DNA of 64,000 nucleotides from Octopus vulgaris (taxonomy: Eukaryota), in NCBI GenBank assembly GCA_951406725.2, contig OX597833.1, positions 34,720,001 to 34,784,000 on the forward strand, read 5' to 3'. Below the pieces are notes generated by a model. It did not search any database. It saw only the letters and a program-made list of their open reading frames with translations, and had not been told where the DNA came from. Below, piece after piece: positions 15,470-30,100 of the stretch. Within the stretch, counting starts at the first letter, position 1, and every line of letters starts with the position of its first letter. The position numbers and the translations under genes are program-made.

Positions 15470-18123
15470 CAGTATTGAAGCTTGAGAACAATCAGATACA
15501 TTTGCAACACATCTGTTGAAAATATTATTGTTCACACACATACATATACATATATACATACAGACAGACAGACAGATAGACACACACACACACACACACA
15601 TGATCCAGCATGGCCACAACCTCAAGGCTGAAACATAAAAGAATAACAGAATATAAATGTGTGCATGTGTGTGAGAGAGAGTGTGTGTGTATATGTATGT
15701 ATGTATATATATATAATAATGCGGTTTTTTCAACAGCTTGAACTAAAAGTCAGAGGGGAATGGGATAAACTACTTATATTAACTTGCTATAAAAGCAGGT
15801 AGTAATTTTATCTTGTCCTTATTCATAGTGCAAGTTTTGAAGAGTGCATTTCGATTTTAACAGCTATTTTTTTCAAAGCTATATTGGAAGTAACAAAGGA
15901 GCATATTTGGCATATTTTGCTTTATGAGTTCAATAAAGACAACAACGCAACGGAAAGTACAAGAAATATTAATGCAGTATATGGGGATTGGACAATAAGC
16001 GTAAGGCAGTGTCAATGGTGGTTCCAGAAATTCCGAGCCATAAACTACAGCCTAGAAGACGAGCCTCATCCTGAAAGATCTGTAGAACTCGACAAGGACA
16101 TCCTGAAAACCCTGGTGGAACAAAATCTCATCGTAACTGTTGAGGAACTAGCAGAGAAGCTTGGATTTGGTCATTCAACCATTCATTGAGACCTGTGTGC
16201 TATCGGAAAAATCAGCAAATTGGGTCAATGGGTTCCTCATGAACTTTCCGAGTCTAATTGCATGCAGAGAGTGAATGTATGCTTTTCTTTGCTGTCACAT
16301 CTCACCACTACTGCGCTATGTATATGTATATATATAAAACTGTAGTTGTGTGAGTGTCTGTCCCCTTCGATTTAGATTCCTAACTCCTCCCACATTTTGC
16401 GGTGCAGTTTAACCAAATTCGGGTATCTTATAGTCGTGATTCATATCGAGCCCGTCTGACTATTAGCGCGCGTCAACGATGAGTCTACGATTTTAAAAAT
16501 AATTTAACATAATTTTTTATTCCATTTTAATTCATAATTTTTCGTGTGTCGATGGCGGCGGAGTTGGCGTCCACGCTCACACCTGCACCTGTGGGGAAGG
16601 GAGTGTAAGGAAATCAACGTCGTAATGCGTTGTCAAGGAGACCAGCGTTCTTTTAGAACAACGACTTCATGGCTTGAAGACACCAAAACAGAAATGGCTA
16701 AGAAAGCGTCTACATGAGTCTACGATTTAAAAAAAAATTTACCATCGTTTTTTTTCCATTTTAATGCATTTTTTCGCTATTATATAAGGGAAGTAACTCT
16801 CTAAAAATGTCTACGATGAGTCAACGATTTAAAAAAAAATTTACCATCATATTTTTTCCATTTTTAATGCATTTTTTGCTATTTTTTGGCTATAACTCTC
16901 TAAAAATGCTTATATAGTTATTTCCCTTACAAACCCGAGCAACGCCGGGCGATACTGCTAGTGTGGAATAAATAATATGAGTAAGACAGCATTGCGATGT
17001 TATTCGACATCATAGGAATGTGCTAGATGTGAATGGAATTATAACAGCGGATAAGTTACCTGAGGCCTTCCAATCTATGCTTCTACATTTATAAACTATC
17101 AAAATGATGTTTTCCAGCTATTTACATCAAACATTGTGACTTATCTGATTTCCAAAGAGGATGACTCAGAGTATGGATGCCTGGAGTTTCACTAAAATTG
17201 CTGAATTGTAAAATTATGTTGGCATTGCAAAACCAAGGTAAAACTAGGTGTGGTAAGCATAATTCCTGATGAAAAGCAAAGCTCACAAAGAAGGACCATA
17301 GATTAGTGAAACATATTATGTTTAAAAAACCATTGAATTATGGCAACAAAAGTAACAGCAAGGCTAGACTACCACCTAGCCAACCCTTGTGTCAACCAAA
17401 ACCATTCAGCATGAGCTCCATGAAGTTGGATACCATGGGAGTGCTGCAATTACTAAACCTCTCTTGTCTCCCATCAACATTGATAAATGGGAAAACTGGT
17501 GTCTAGACTACCAGAATTGGTCAATGGCTCAATAAAACGTCATCTCTGCTGAATCATCATGCACCTTTTTCCCACTTTAGGGTGAGTTTATGTCTGGAGA
17601 CAGATTAAAGAAACCTTCAACCCTGACTGTTTGGCCTCCTAACATAAAACAGGAGGTGGCTCTGTGTTGATTTGGGCAGCCACATCTCCAAATTCTCTTG
17701 GCTCCTTAGTTATTCGACATGGTAGAGTTAATATCCACGATTATCTGAGTATTTTGGCTGATCATGTCTATCCTCTGGTGCAAACATTGTTCCATGATGG
17801 TAGCATAATATTCCAGGATTATAATGCAGTAATTCACATATTATTCAAAATTGGTATCTCCTCTACATCAGCACAGTAATCTTTCATCCTCTGACACAAG
17901 TTCTCCTCCTCAAATGCTACTGCCCCTCTCATAATTCCTTGTCTTGTGAGTGCTGCTGCTATATAAAAAGCATTCAATCACACTGTAAAATGGTTGGCAT
18001 TTGGAAGGGCATCCAGCCAGAAAAACCCTGCCAAAACAGACACCGTAGCACAGGGTAGTTTTTCTACCTGGTCAGCTCTTGTGGACCATCCTACCCTTTC
18101 ATGTTAAATGATGGTGATGATGA

Positions 18124-18177
<54 letters not shown>

Positions 18178-21100
18178 ACAAAACCACTAACTGAAATGGT
18201 TGGATCATCCAAAACTACCTTGGATGATTCCTTCAAATAATGCTTAAATCTGAAGGATGTAAAACCCTGTAATGATGTCTATAACTGTGGATTTATTGAG
18301 ATATCTTTTCCTTTGAAAAAGAAGCGAATTTGATTTGTTTAAATGAGTTAGAATGCTAACAGGTAAATCTCTACATGTCTCCCACACTGGCTCATTTTTT
18401 CTTTTCCAGATTTGATAATAGACTTGGTGGTCTTGAAATGACTATGCGCTTTAGAAACTATCTTGCTGAGCAATTTAACAAGAAGAAACTCACAACACAG
18501 GATGTCTTCAAAAACCAGCGTAGTATGGCAAAGCTTTTTAAAGAAGCTGAACGTGTAAAGATGATTTTAAGTGCCAACTCAGACCATTATGCTCAAGTTG
18601 AGAATTTGATTGATAATCAGGACATGCGTATAAAAGTCACTCGAAGTATCTTTGAAGAACTCAATGCTGACCTCTTTGAACGTGTTGCAATACCAATTAA
18701 GAAAGCCTTAGAATATTCTGAAATAACTTTGGTAAGATGGAAAGAAAATTTGCTCTGTTAATCTTGATTTATATACTGCTTGATCAATAGGATAATAATT
18801 TTTTAAAATCTAATTGTAGGAGGAAATTAAAGACGTAATCTTAATGGGAGGTGGAACTCGTATTCCTAAAGTTCAAGAGAATCTGCTTAAAGTTGTAAAA
18901 CGGTAAGTCAATAACTATTATTTAGAAATACCAACTTGTATTCATCTATATGACCTGACTTTGCATAAGCTTCATCCTTATCTCTGAAAAACAATGCCAC
19001 TGAAGTTACACTTGGGTTACTGAAAATGATGTCAACTTGAGTTTCTGAACATAATCTCACAGACATAATCATGTTTCTGAGCATAATGTCACATTACAAT
19101 TTATTTTGTTCTAGCTATCCTTTCAATGTCCTTTATTCTTTCTTATAAAGGTTATATTTGGTTGTGTGAGCTATGCTGAAGCAACCTACTAAGTTGTATG
19201 ACTATTCTTTTTAAATAAAATTGCTACACTGTAAAGTGAGAAAAGTCTAAATCTAAGTACATAACTTCTATAAAATCAATACATTGAAAGTAATTCTGTC
19301 AGCTGTTGACAGAGCATTGTAACTCTTTCTGTTTATAGAGAGCTCCTAACTTCTTTCTGGCAACCTACATCTACCAGTTCATGAGCATCCTCCAGTTAAC
19401 ACCAAGTATTTTGAGGAAGCTTGGACCTACCTTGTATTCACACAGCATTTATAATACTTTCAACAAATGACAAATACTGTTAGGTGTCTTTTTGGACATT
19501 ATTGACAAAGGCAGTGTATGTTATGGCCAGAAAGGGAGCAAGTGATTAAGTATGAAATTTTAACAGCCATGGCAATTGATGAAGACAACAAGTAGATTCA
19601 AAACATAACTAATTAGCAAATGAAACTTACTTTGTAAATAGTGAATTCTTACATATTCATGGAGTTTGTGAGTTTGTAAGATTTGTACCTTTGAACAAAG
19701 TATTAAGTGAAATTAGAGTGACACCAACTAAGGATCAAAACTAGGAATATGGTTATGCTGTTATATCTATTTAATATATTAATCTCACTGATACACCCAC
19801 TCCTCATCCTCCTATTGACTCACTTTAGCTCTCACACATTCCCCTGCTCACTTCCATCCAACTTTACCTCAGATTAATAATTTTAAGATTATTCTCTTTT
19901 TTGTTTTCTATTTTTCTAGCAAAGAGCTGGGTAAAAGTATCAATACAGATGAAGCTGCTGCTTTAGGTGCTGTGTATCAGGCTGCTCACTTGAGTCAAGG
20001 ATTCCGAGTGAAGAAATTCACTGTTAAAGAAGCTACTGTCTACCCAATTGTTGTAAGAAATACTTATGTATTACTTTCTTCACTTTTCTGCTGTGTTTAT
20101 ATTATATGTTAGCACTCAAAATTATAAAGTGCTGATACCTCCTGTTTCAAAGTCGAAATTTATGCAAGTAGCAAAGACATTTTTCTTTTTCTTTTGATAT
20201 TAATAAAATAAACATTTTATATTGAGAGTCTGTAAATCAATAATACCCTAAAGTCATTCGTAGCTATGTTGTTAAGTTCACTTCATAAGCATATGATTCT
20301 GTGTTCAATTTTACATGGCACCTTGGGCAGGTGTCTTTTATTATAACCCCAGTTTAGCCATTGAGAATGGAATCTGGTAGATGCAAACTATGCAACAGTT
20401 GTGTTTATGCAAACACACATATACTGAGCTACGTATGTACAAGTGTTTATATTTGTGTACATCATTTTTATCAATTTGTGACCTGTAACTTCACATTTCG
20501 GTTAATAAAGATTGATAAATTAACAAGCTGGAATCAATATGATTCAAGGAAACCCCTAAAGGTATTGACATAACATTGTTACTGTCTGATGATTGAAACC
20601 AGAGAAAGAATAAGATCCATCTTGGACATAATGTGTTCTGCCTTGGTCACCAATTTCTTTTCTTTGACTCACAGGAATGACACTGTGGTTAAGAGGTTTG
20701 CTTCCCAACCATTTGGTTTCAGCTGACCAATGCTATGTGAGTAGTACACCTAAGCTAAAGCAACTGACTATCCAACTTAATATTCTAGCAGTTGGTTACA
20801 TAATATAACTTCTACTACTGAAACATAATAAGTTTTAATGAACCCTTTTCAGCATGCCAGTAGTCAGTTGAATTTTAAATAATGCTTGTAAGAATAGGTT
20901 AGAAGAGAAGAAAATGATATGGTTCAATCCCCTTCTTTGAGCTGACCATAGCTACGGATATACTGGACATCTACACAAATATCACATGATATTTAACAGA
21001 CACACTGTTAAATTATTGTACACACCAAACTTGACACAGAATATGGCTGCTATGGAAAATAGGAAATGGCATGTTAATACTTTCATTAGCTTTTTTTTCC

Positions 21101-24100
21101 TTAGTATCTACCTTAAATCCTTTTACCCTAAACCCTAGTATCTTGAACTTTTAACACCAATCCTTTACATCCTAACTTCCTCATATAAACCCACTGTTTA
21201 GTTGATTCAGATGGTATTAGTCAGGATATATCACTACTAATATACTCTGACACATGGGTATTAAACTCTTACTCCTGGCTCTATGTTGTATAATATACAG
21301 GATAATTTTTCTTTTGATTTTACATCTAATTTAGAATACTTGTGTTTTCAGATGTACCTTTAGATATTTTTCCCATTTCTTAAGTGTGTATATATATATA
21401 TATATATATATGCTTTCAATTCTAAGATGTCACATTCATATATGGCAGATCCATTCTTATATCTTACATCTGTGTTATCTTTCTTACACTCCCACATTTT
21501 TATATTAAGTTTTATTATATTGGTTTAAGTCTTCCATTTCCTATAGTTCTCAAACCATTCTCTAGTTTCCTTAGTCTTCTATATGTTCACCTGAAAGGCA
21601 TTGGACTGCATGTTAAACCCTCTCATACCAGTATATATTCCACCATTTATCTGGAGTTTTGTTAATGATCCCTTCACAATCTTCTCTACCCACTTGACAA
21701 TCTTGTCTTTCAACTTTTTCAAACAGTTCATATTCCAGCAGTTTTTATTTCTAATCCCTATATATAAACTCTTATCTTTAATTGTGAGTATCATTCTCCA
21801 TTCCCAAAGATCCCAGTCTTGTACCTCTACACTTCAGTATTATTTGTTATTTTTTTGCTTTCACCCTAAATTTAGTCTTCTTTCACCTTTAATTTTTAAT
21901 GCTCTCTTGTGAGTTTCATCTAATTTTTGGGTAATTAGTTCATTAACAACTATTCCCTCACATGACTTCATTAATTTTTGACTGTATGGGGTATCAGCTT
22001 TTGGTTTATGGATCCCTAAGTTATAGGATTAAATTAAAGCATTTTATAAACTTACAGTAGTTAAGGGAGTGCTCTTTTGAATTAACACTGAATACTTGGA
22101 ATTTCTTCACACTATGGTCTCCAAAATTACCTCATTTCAACCATCCAAGTGGTAGCATTATTTACTTGTTACATTTTTGACACAATAGTTTTAATATATT
22201 AACTAACAGTTAAGCTATTTGTTTACTTAATACTTACTCAAGCTAAAGTTAAATTATGATTTCACTTTATCGTAATTTAACTTCATTTTAAATTAGCTTA
22301 GATTTTCCTTTTGATTATGCATTCCAATGAACTGTGCATTTTCCCCCTTTTCATTCCATTACTGGAGTCAAGTGTCACTGGTAATTGTTTTGACATATGT
22401 CTGAGCATTTTCTCTTCTCACCTCCATCTGATTTCTTGCTATGTGAGTGATAAATCATTATCTTTACTAATAGCACAACTAAAACCTTGAGTTTTATTGC
22501 CAACACACTCCTGCCATTGTCATTATTACTGCTTTTACTATTATTTCTAGGGTTTGTTCCTTTATAGTTTTATTACTAGTAGTATACCCTTATTTTAATT
22601 AAATTATGTTTTGCTTATTATCATTTTTAGTAGTAGTATTTACAGTAGTATCATTATCATTATTACCATTCTCATTTTCTATTTGGTTTTGCTTTTCTTT
22701 ATTTTTATTTATTATTGATATTATTATTTTGTAATCTTGGCTTGCCGCTATTGATTTATGTGATTTACTGCTAATCAGTTTCTTATCAATGTATTATCAA
22801 TGCCACGTGTATCACTAAGATCACTTTTTACTGGTGGTGGTTGTTATTGTTAGAAATCATGTTTTCCTTCTCCTATTTCTTATTGTTTTGTTTTTTTATC
22901 CCTTCTTGCTTAATTAGTGCATTTTGTTTCACTTGGCTTTAGAAACTCTCTCTTTTAAGTCTGACTCAATACTATATATTTGTCTTTTATTTAAAAGTTA
23001 AATAGGTTGGAAAAAATATTAAGAAATACCAACAAAAGTGAAATAAAAGCTAATGCCCTACTGCAATACAGCAACTAGATTATTATTATCATTAGTGCGC
23101 TCAGCAAAATACTTAGTGGTATATTGTGTGTCTTTACGTTGAGTTCAAATTCTGCTGAGGTTGACTTCGCCTTTCATCCTTTCAGGATTGATAAATTAAG
23201 TACCAGTGAAACACTGGGGTCAATGTAATTGACTAGTCCCTCCTTCCAAATGTCAGGACTTGTGCCTGTAGTAGAAAGGATTATTATTTGCCTTGGTCTT
23301 CTTCTCTGTTATTGTTTTCTTCATCGTTGTCTTCTTCCTCATTATTATTATTATTTAACATCTATGTTCCATGATGATGAGGGTTGGACAGTTTGACAGG
23401 ATAGGCCTAAAGACTGCATCATACTTCAGTGTCTGCTTTAGCATGGTTTCTACTATCTATATTGCACCCAGTACTGTTAATATGGATATAACTTCATAGT
23501 TAGGGTGTCTTTTTCATTGAAAATCTCTTTTGTATTAATAGAAATTGTAAATTTTAAAAAATTACTCTATTTTATTCCTTAGGTTGAATTTAAACGCCAA
23601 AAGACTGGTAACGCTAAAACTGTCAAGAGGACCTTGTTTGGGCGTGGCAATACATACCCTGTCAAGAAAGTAATGACCTTTAACAAGCACACTGATGACT
23701 TCACTTTTTCTGTTGGTTATGGAGATCTTAACTTTATCACTGATGATCACAGAAAGTAAGCTTTTTGTTTCCATTATTAAGATATGTAGTATTGTAAATA
23801 TTTTAAATGACCTCTTTGCTAATAACTGCTAACATCTTAAGATTTTGTTAAACTTGGTCCTGAATGGGTTATTAATTAATCCAGTGGCCTTAACTCTGTC
23901 AAATCAAAACTAATTCTAGACCTATAACACCTAGTGCATAATTCTTCCTCAAATTACTCTCTACTATCTTAAAAAAGAAGGGGCACATTAGATAACATAG
24001 TCTCAGATACACAGTAGTATATGAAAATTGTCTGGTACTTTATTCTCTTAATGTGATATACATGCAAGAGAAAACTTGTTCTCATGGTGTTATATAAACA

Positions 24101-27100
24101 TTGCACATTCTGCACACCAGTATCTAATATCATCATCATCATTTAATGTCCATTTTCTATATTGGCATGGGTTGGAAGTTTTGAACAGAATTAGCAAGGC
24201 TGGGAGCTGCACAAGGTTTCATTGTCTATTTTGACATGGTTTCTGTAGCTTGATGCCAATCACTTTACATGGGTGCTTTTTATGTGGCACCAGCATTGAC
24301 AGGGTCACTAAATACTTTGTAAGACAATGAGAAAGAGATGATGGCAAAGATGTCTCAGAACATGCCCTCGAAGGATATTGGGGGTGATTAGATTAGGTGA
24401 GGTGACTGTAGCAAATAATGGAGAAAAATATAGGAGGGACTTGGGGACAGGAGCTGCAGTAGATATGTGAGGACATTGAAGTTAAACAAGGTGATGATGA
24501 TGGCAAGCAGCACAGGGAGAAGAGAGAAGACAGAGAAAGGAGGTGATTGGTGAAGACAGTAGGTAGGGGAAGAAAGTTAATGGAGAAAGCCAGGGGATGT
24601 AGTATGTGCTTATTCTGCTCTCACAAGATAGAAGAAGTGATGGGTGTTAGGAGATGAAATGTTGGGGAAACATTTGATGGGGCTGAGAGGATGGAGGTAA
24701 GCATTACCATGGTGGTTTTGGATATCAATTCTGCTGTAGAGGATGGGTTTTGAGTACAGCAAGGTGCCAAATATCTCAGTCCATTATCATCTTTGTAAGG
24801 TACAGCTTCTTGAAATCAGCCTTCAGTACTTCATCCCATGTTTTCTCTTTCTTCCACAAGTTCCCTCCACTCTAAGAGATTGGCTCTTCTTTATGCAACT
24901 GTCTACATCCATATGCATTACATGTCCAAACCAGCACAGTCTTCTCTCTTGCACACTGCCTCTAATTCCTCTTACGCCTAACTTCTCTCTCAACACTAAG
25001 AATATAGTAGATGACTGATTGATAGCTTAACAAACTAGGAAGTATTTTGTAATATTTCCTTACTTAATCACACAAATGAAGACTTCAAATATCTCTCTCG
25101 CATGTGCACAATGCATATGATAAACACGCATAAAATGGTCTTAACAAAGTTAACATTTATTTTGATTGTGTTTGGGCTGGCTGAGTGAGCAGGATGAGGT
25201 GACTGTTGCAAATAGAGAGAAATATAGGAAAGGCTTGGGGGCAGGGGTTGCATTGTGAAGATATTGAGGGTGATAACAGGAAGCGAGGTATTGATGAAGA
25301 GCATTTTTCTTTTACCTATGACACCTTATTGTCAGTTTTTTTTCACTTTTGTTTTTTTGCAGATCATTTCATACAATGTTCTTGAAAAATATCTCTTTGA
25401 CTGGAGTTGGAGATGCCTATGCTAAACACACTACAGCTGTTGACTATAAAGGTGTTCGTGTGCATTTCCGCATGGATGAAAGTGGCCTGTTGCATTTAGA
25501 TGGGGTAAAACTCTTTCATTATTTATTAATTGTCTTAAATGCTTAATTGCAAGTTTCAGAAATTTTATGAGAAAAAATTAATGATATCAATTTATAAGGA
25601 GTTAAAAATGTAAACCCCTCCAAATGCCAGAGGAACTTCATAAAGTTGTTGAATGACCTACTTACTGTTGGTACTTCATTCTGCCTAGACCATTACAATT
25701 TTTAATCTCTTATTGCAGTGTATTTCTATCAGCTAAACTCTGTTACTCTTTTATAAACGTTCTTTAACCCTTTAGCATTTACATTATTCTGTCAAATGTA
25801 ATTCTTATTTATTCACATTTTTAAAAATTAACCATGCATATTCTTATAGCTTCAAGATTTTGTTGATGTGATTGTGTATTTTTAGAATGACATTAGGATA
25901 GGTAAGATAGGATGGATCTGATCAGTTTGAACATAAGACATGTAAAATATTTGGCTGGTTTAAATGCTAAAGGGTTAAGCAATTGCTGAAGGCAATCCAT
26001 CTATCTATCTAGCTATTAATATGCTAAGTACCATTGGGTGTCAAATATCTCAAAATATTTTTGTAGCTTCTTTGAGTTGTCTGCTAATGGATGTGAGTCC
26101 TGTACTACCCACTTCTAAAAATTCAAGGAAATAAACCACACATGACATTTGTAACACTGACATCATGTAATTATAGACACACCATAGATTTTTCAGTTTC
26201 AATTATATATAGTTGATATGTTGAAACTCTATCTGTAATAGATCATATTTTGTGAGTGGGTTACATAAAAACGAATCCATGTTGTGAAGGTCTCATTCAA
26301 GTAATTGCTTGTTATAGATGTCAGAAATAGATGTATTTTTGATTTCTATGAAATTGATATCAAAAATACTGAGCCAATGACAAAGATCTCTACTCAGTTA
26401 CTTAACCTGCTAGAAATAAGTAAAATATCCTTTAAAATACATCCTACCAACTTTGGCTAATGTAGTTCTAAATACAATATGCCTGAAACAAAAACAGGAA
26501 TCATATTGGCTAGAATGCCTTTCATCATGTCTCTTTAATCATGGATGACTTGGAGCTAAATAACAACAATTAAATGTTGGTAGGATTGTGTTTGATGTAA
26601 TCCATTTGGTAATCTGGAATCTGTGGTGTAGTCAATGGTTGGGAACGGGGCTTGTGGCATATCTGTTTGTAGCTGCACTGATAACTGAGTAGATTTTCAT
26701 TAAGAATCAACAGGACAGATAAAAGAAAACAAAAATAGCTACTGCTGCTTTCATTCTCTTTTTTATCCTTACACATTCCAATAAATATACTTATAAAGCA
26801 AAGACAAACTTGTCACCAATAGCCAATACGGAAGTTTAAAACAGATTTTTGTCGGTGATATGAAGTAGTATGTTCACTCCTGAGTTTGAATTAATTTGCC
26901 CTTCATATCTAGGACCCAGTAAACCTTATGTTTTTGTGTGCATGATATATAGATCTTTACCATTGTGTATATAAATGTGGAATATAAACTGCATGCATAA
27001 ATGTGCCGTCTTGATGTTGGCATTGTAAACCAATAATATGATGCTAAATACTAAGTAGCCAAATGTTTTTTCCAGGCAGAATCAATATTTGAACAAGCAC

Positions 27101-30100
27101 CTGATGCTGTCAATGCAAATGAAGAATCAACTTGGTCAAGTATGTAGCCATAATTTTCATCTGATTCTTTCTTAGATAAAAACATAGAAAAAAAAGTAGA
27201 ATCTGAAATAACATGGAATCTTCAAATAATTGTCCAAGAGTTGAGAAAATATTATTTTTACTGGATGTTACCTTGTAATTGTGGTTAAAATGTTTGTTTT
27301 GCAGTCACATGGATCTAGATTCAATCCCATTCCATGGCACCTTAGAAAAGCGTTTTCTGTCATTACTCTCAGACAGCCAAGGCTTGTGTGTGATTTTAAA
27401 CCGATCCACCAGATGAATTGTATGTTGAAGACAATAAAAGTGTAAACATGTAAAACTCAGTGAATAAAATCATCATCGTTTAACGTCTGTTTTCCATGCT
27501 ATCATGGATTGGACTGTTCGACGGGGTCTGGGAAGCCAGGAGGCTGCACCAGGCTCCAGTCTGATCTGGCAGTGTTTCTACAGCAAGATGACCTTCCTAA
27601 CACCAACTACTCCGTGAGTGTAGTGAGTGCTTTTTACATGCCACCAGCACAAGGGCCAGAGAAGGCTGGCATCAGCCACAATCGGTTGGTGCTTTTTACG
27701 TGCCACTGGCACGGAAGCCAGCCAAGGTGGCGCTGGCATCGGCCACGTTCCGATGGTGTTTTTTACGTGCTACCGGCACGGGTATCACAACTACAATTTC
27801 CATTTGATTTTTATTTTGATGTTGATGTACTTGACTCGATAGGTCTCCTTAAGTACAGTAGGTCGCCTCACGATCCAAGGTAAGCACAGCAGGCCATCCT
27901 GTGATCCAAGGTACTTTGAATGGGCTGGGGCTGCTGTGTGAAGCTGGTGTACCATACAGCCATGAACTCACTTTATTTGTCGGGTTTTCACAGTCACAGC
28001 ACATCTCCAGAGTTCTTGGTCTTTCGTCATTGCCTCTGAGAAGCCCAACGTTCGAAGGTCATGCTTGACCACCTCAAAATAATATTGCAAGATTCCAGTT
28101 TCCTTTGGGTTCCCCCTCGTATATCTCTATTAAGATGTTTTTGTTCTTTGATTAATTTGGATGTGTTACAAACATGATTATTGTTATTAATAAAGGTAGT
28201 GGGTGGAGCAGTCAATATTACAGCATTGGACAAAATGCCTTGCATGTATTTTGCCCAGTACTCTGTCATAGTTCTATTAGAACAGGATTTTCATCTAGAT
28301 GGGTTTACTCCTATATAAATTTAGAGAGGTTGACTTGTATATTTATAGAAGCTGGCTTTCATCCTTCTACGATTGATAAAATAAGCAGCATTGAAGTACT
28401 GGGAGGGGTAACAATGAAGTATGCCCTAGCCTTAGATTTGTTGACTTGTACCTATGTTAGAAATCATTGAAGTAATAGTGATTAGTGGTCATGCTGGATT
28501 TTGTTAATATGTTCAAGTGAACAGAATCTGAAATTTAACTTTAACAGGTGGAATCACTGGGTTTCAAGTAAGCCAAATCTCCCTCAAAGCATGCTCTACT
28601 GTCTTATAAAAGGACTTGTTACTTGTTTAGTTTAGGACACTATTTCTGAAAAACAAAATGACAAGTTAGTCATAGCCTGAATGCCGTGAATGGTAAACCT
28701 GCCTTATCATTTACATCACTAATATTCCAGAATTAAACTTATTACATGTTATCTGTAGTCATTTACAAAAGTGGGTTAAGTGTAGTTTAGCTAAATAGAG
28801 GTCATGTAAAGTTGATACTGTTATAGTTACTGTGGCATGAAGGTGTTCAACTATGGATTCTAAGTCATGTTTTCCAACCCTCCTGTGTTATGTGCAACTT
28901 TAGATGGAACATGTTACTTGCTTCATTGTTGAAGAAGGTAATGTATATTAACTGCAGATGTATGTAACATTTCATCTTAATGTTTTTTTATGCTGACAGG
29001 AGTTGAATGGTTATTGTATTTAATAGGGACATTCTTGATTAGCCTCTAGGTCAGCCCTGTCTGAGGAAAGCCAATAATCAAACATTCTAGATATGATCAT
29101 TTTGTATTTTTAGATTCTATTTTGTAAGTGCTTAATATGTAGCTTATATTTTAAGATACTATTTCTTGCAACAGAAAGAGCACTGACATTGTGATCTCTA
29201 AATCGTAGCAGTTGACTTGTTAAATTTGTTGCTTTTTGTAAAATAGTATTATTAGTGGAAGTAGATAATCCTAGTGGTGATGTAAAATAAGAAATATAGG
29301 ATTTGGGATAGACTTAGCTATTGGTGATTCATTCTTGTAAATTTTTAATTTTAGAACTGGGTAATACCTTGAGTGGATTTTTCCGAGGAAATGAAGAAAC
29401 TGATGGAATGTCTGTCAATGAAGAGGTGAGAATGGAAACTCTTATAAACTATGAAACATTTCATAATTTGTTCGTTTACATTTCGTTTTATTTATCTTTT
29501 TTTTTTTTGCTTTTATTCATTGGCTATTTCACTTATTACAAAGTAATTTCTTTTCTTAACTTATTTCTAAATTTTCTCTAACTTTGTTTATATACCTGTT
29601 TATTTGCCTTACAGTTTGAAAGTTTTATTGAAAAGGAAAATAAATGGGACTTCTTTTTGCCCTTGTATTGTTATTTGATTTGAAAAATCAGTCAATTTAT
29701 TTATGAAGAAATGTCATTTTATTCAACTGTATTTGTTAAGTTTTTATTGAAATAGATAATTATTGCTTGGTTCTTCACCAATATTCATAGATTGAATTAA
29801 TTCATAATGATCACAACTATGATAAAGTAACTTTGATTTTCCTTGTGTGGTAGACTTAACCTGTTGACCAATTTAATATTCTGATCAAAGCCTGTTAAAC
29901 TATGACCATCCCATCAGTTTGTGTGTCAGGCTCTACATTATTCAATGTATCTTTCCCATTTTCTGAGCTGCTAGGGTGTGATTTGAGGGAGATTTGATTG
30001 CTATTTCTAATAGATCAAGTAACTGCATAGAAGCTCCCACATTGACTCCTATTTTGATCAGTTTGAATGCCGTCTACTATTATTAAGTTCAGCTCTGTAG

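Noticed and set aside
15260-15733. Several 66-157 aa ORFs rich in CV/YV/HT repeats
   Set aside because: Translations of microsatellites.
17265-17295. Other CTGATGA occurrences (also ~1483, ~20586, ~50943, ~56703) as possible hammerheads
   Set aside because: No helix II plus GAAA plus NUH plus helix I arrangement follows them.
19260-19500. Possible LINE RT C-terminal relic on the minus strand (LKILGVNW...KKLGAL)
   Set aside because: Too short and degraded to support without a search.
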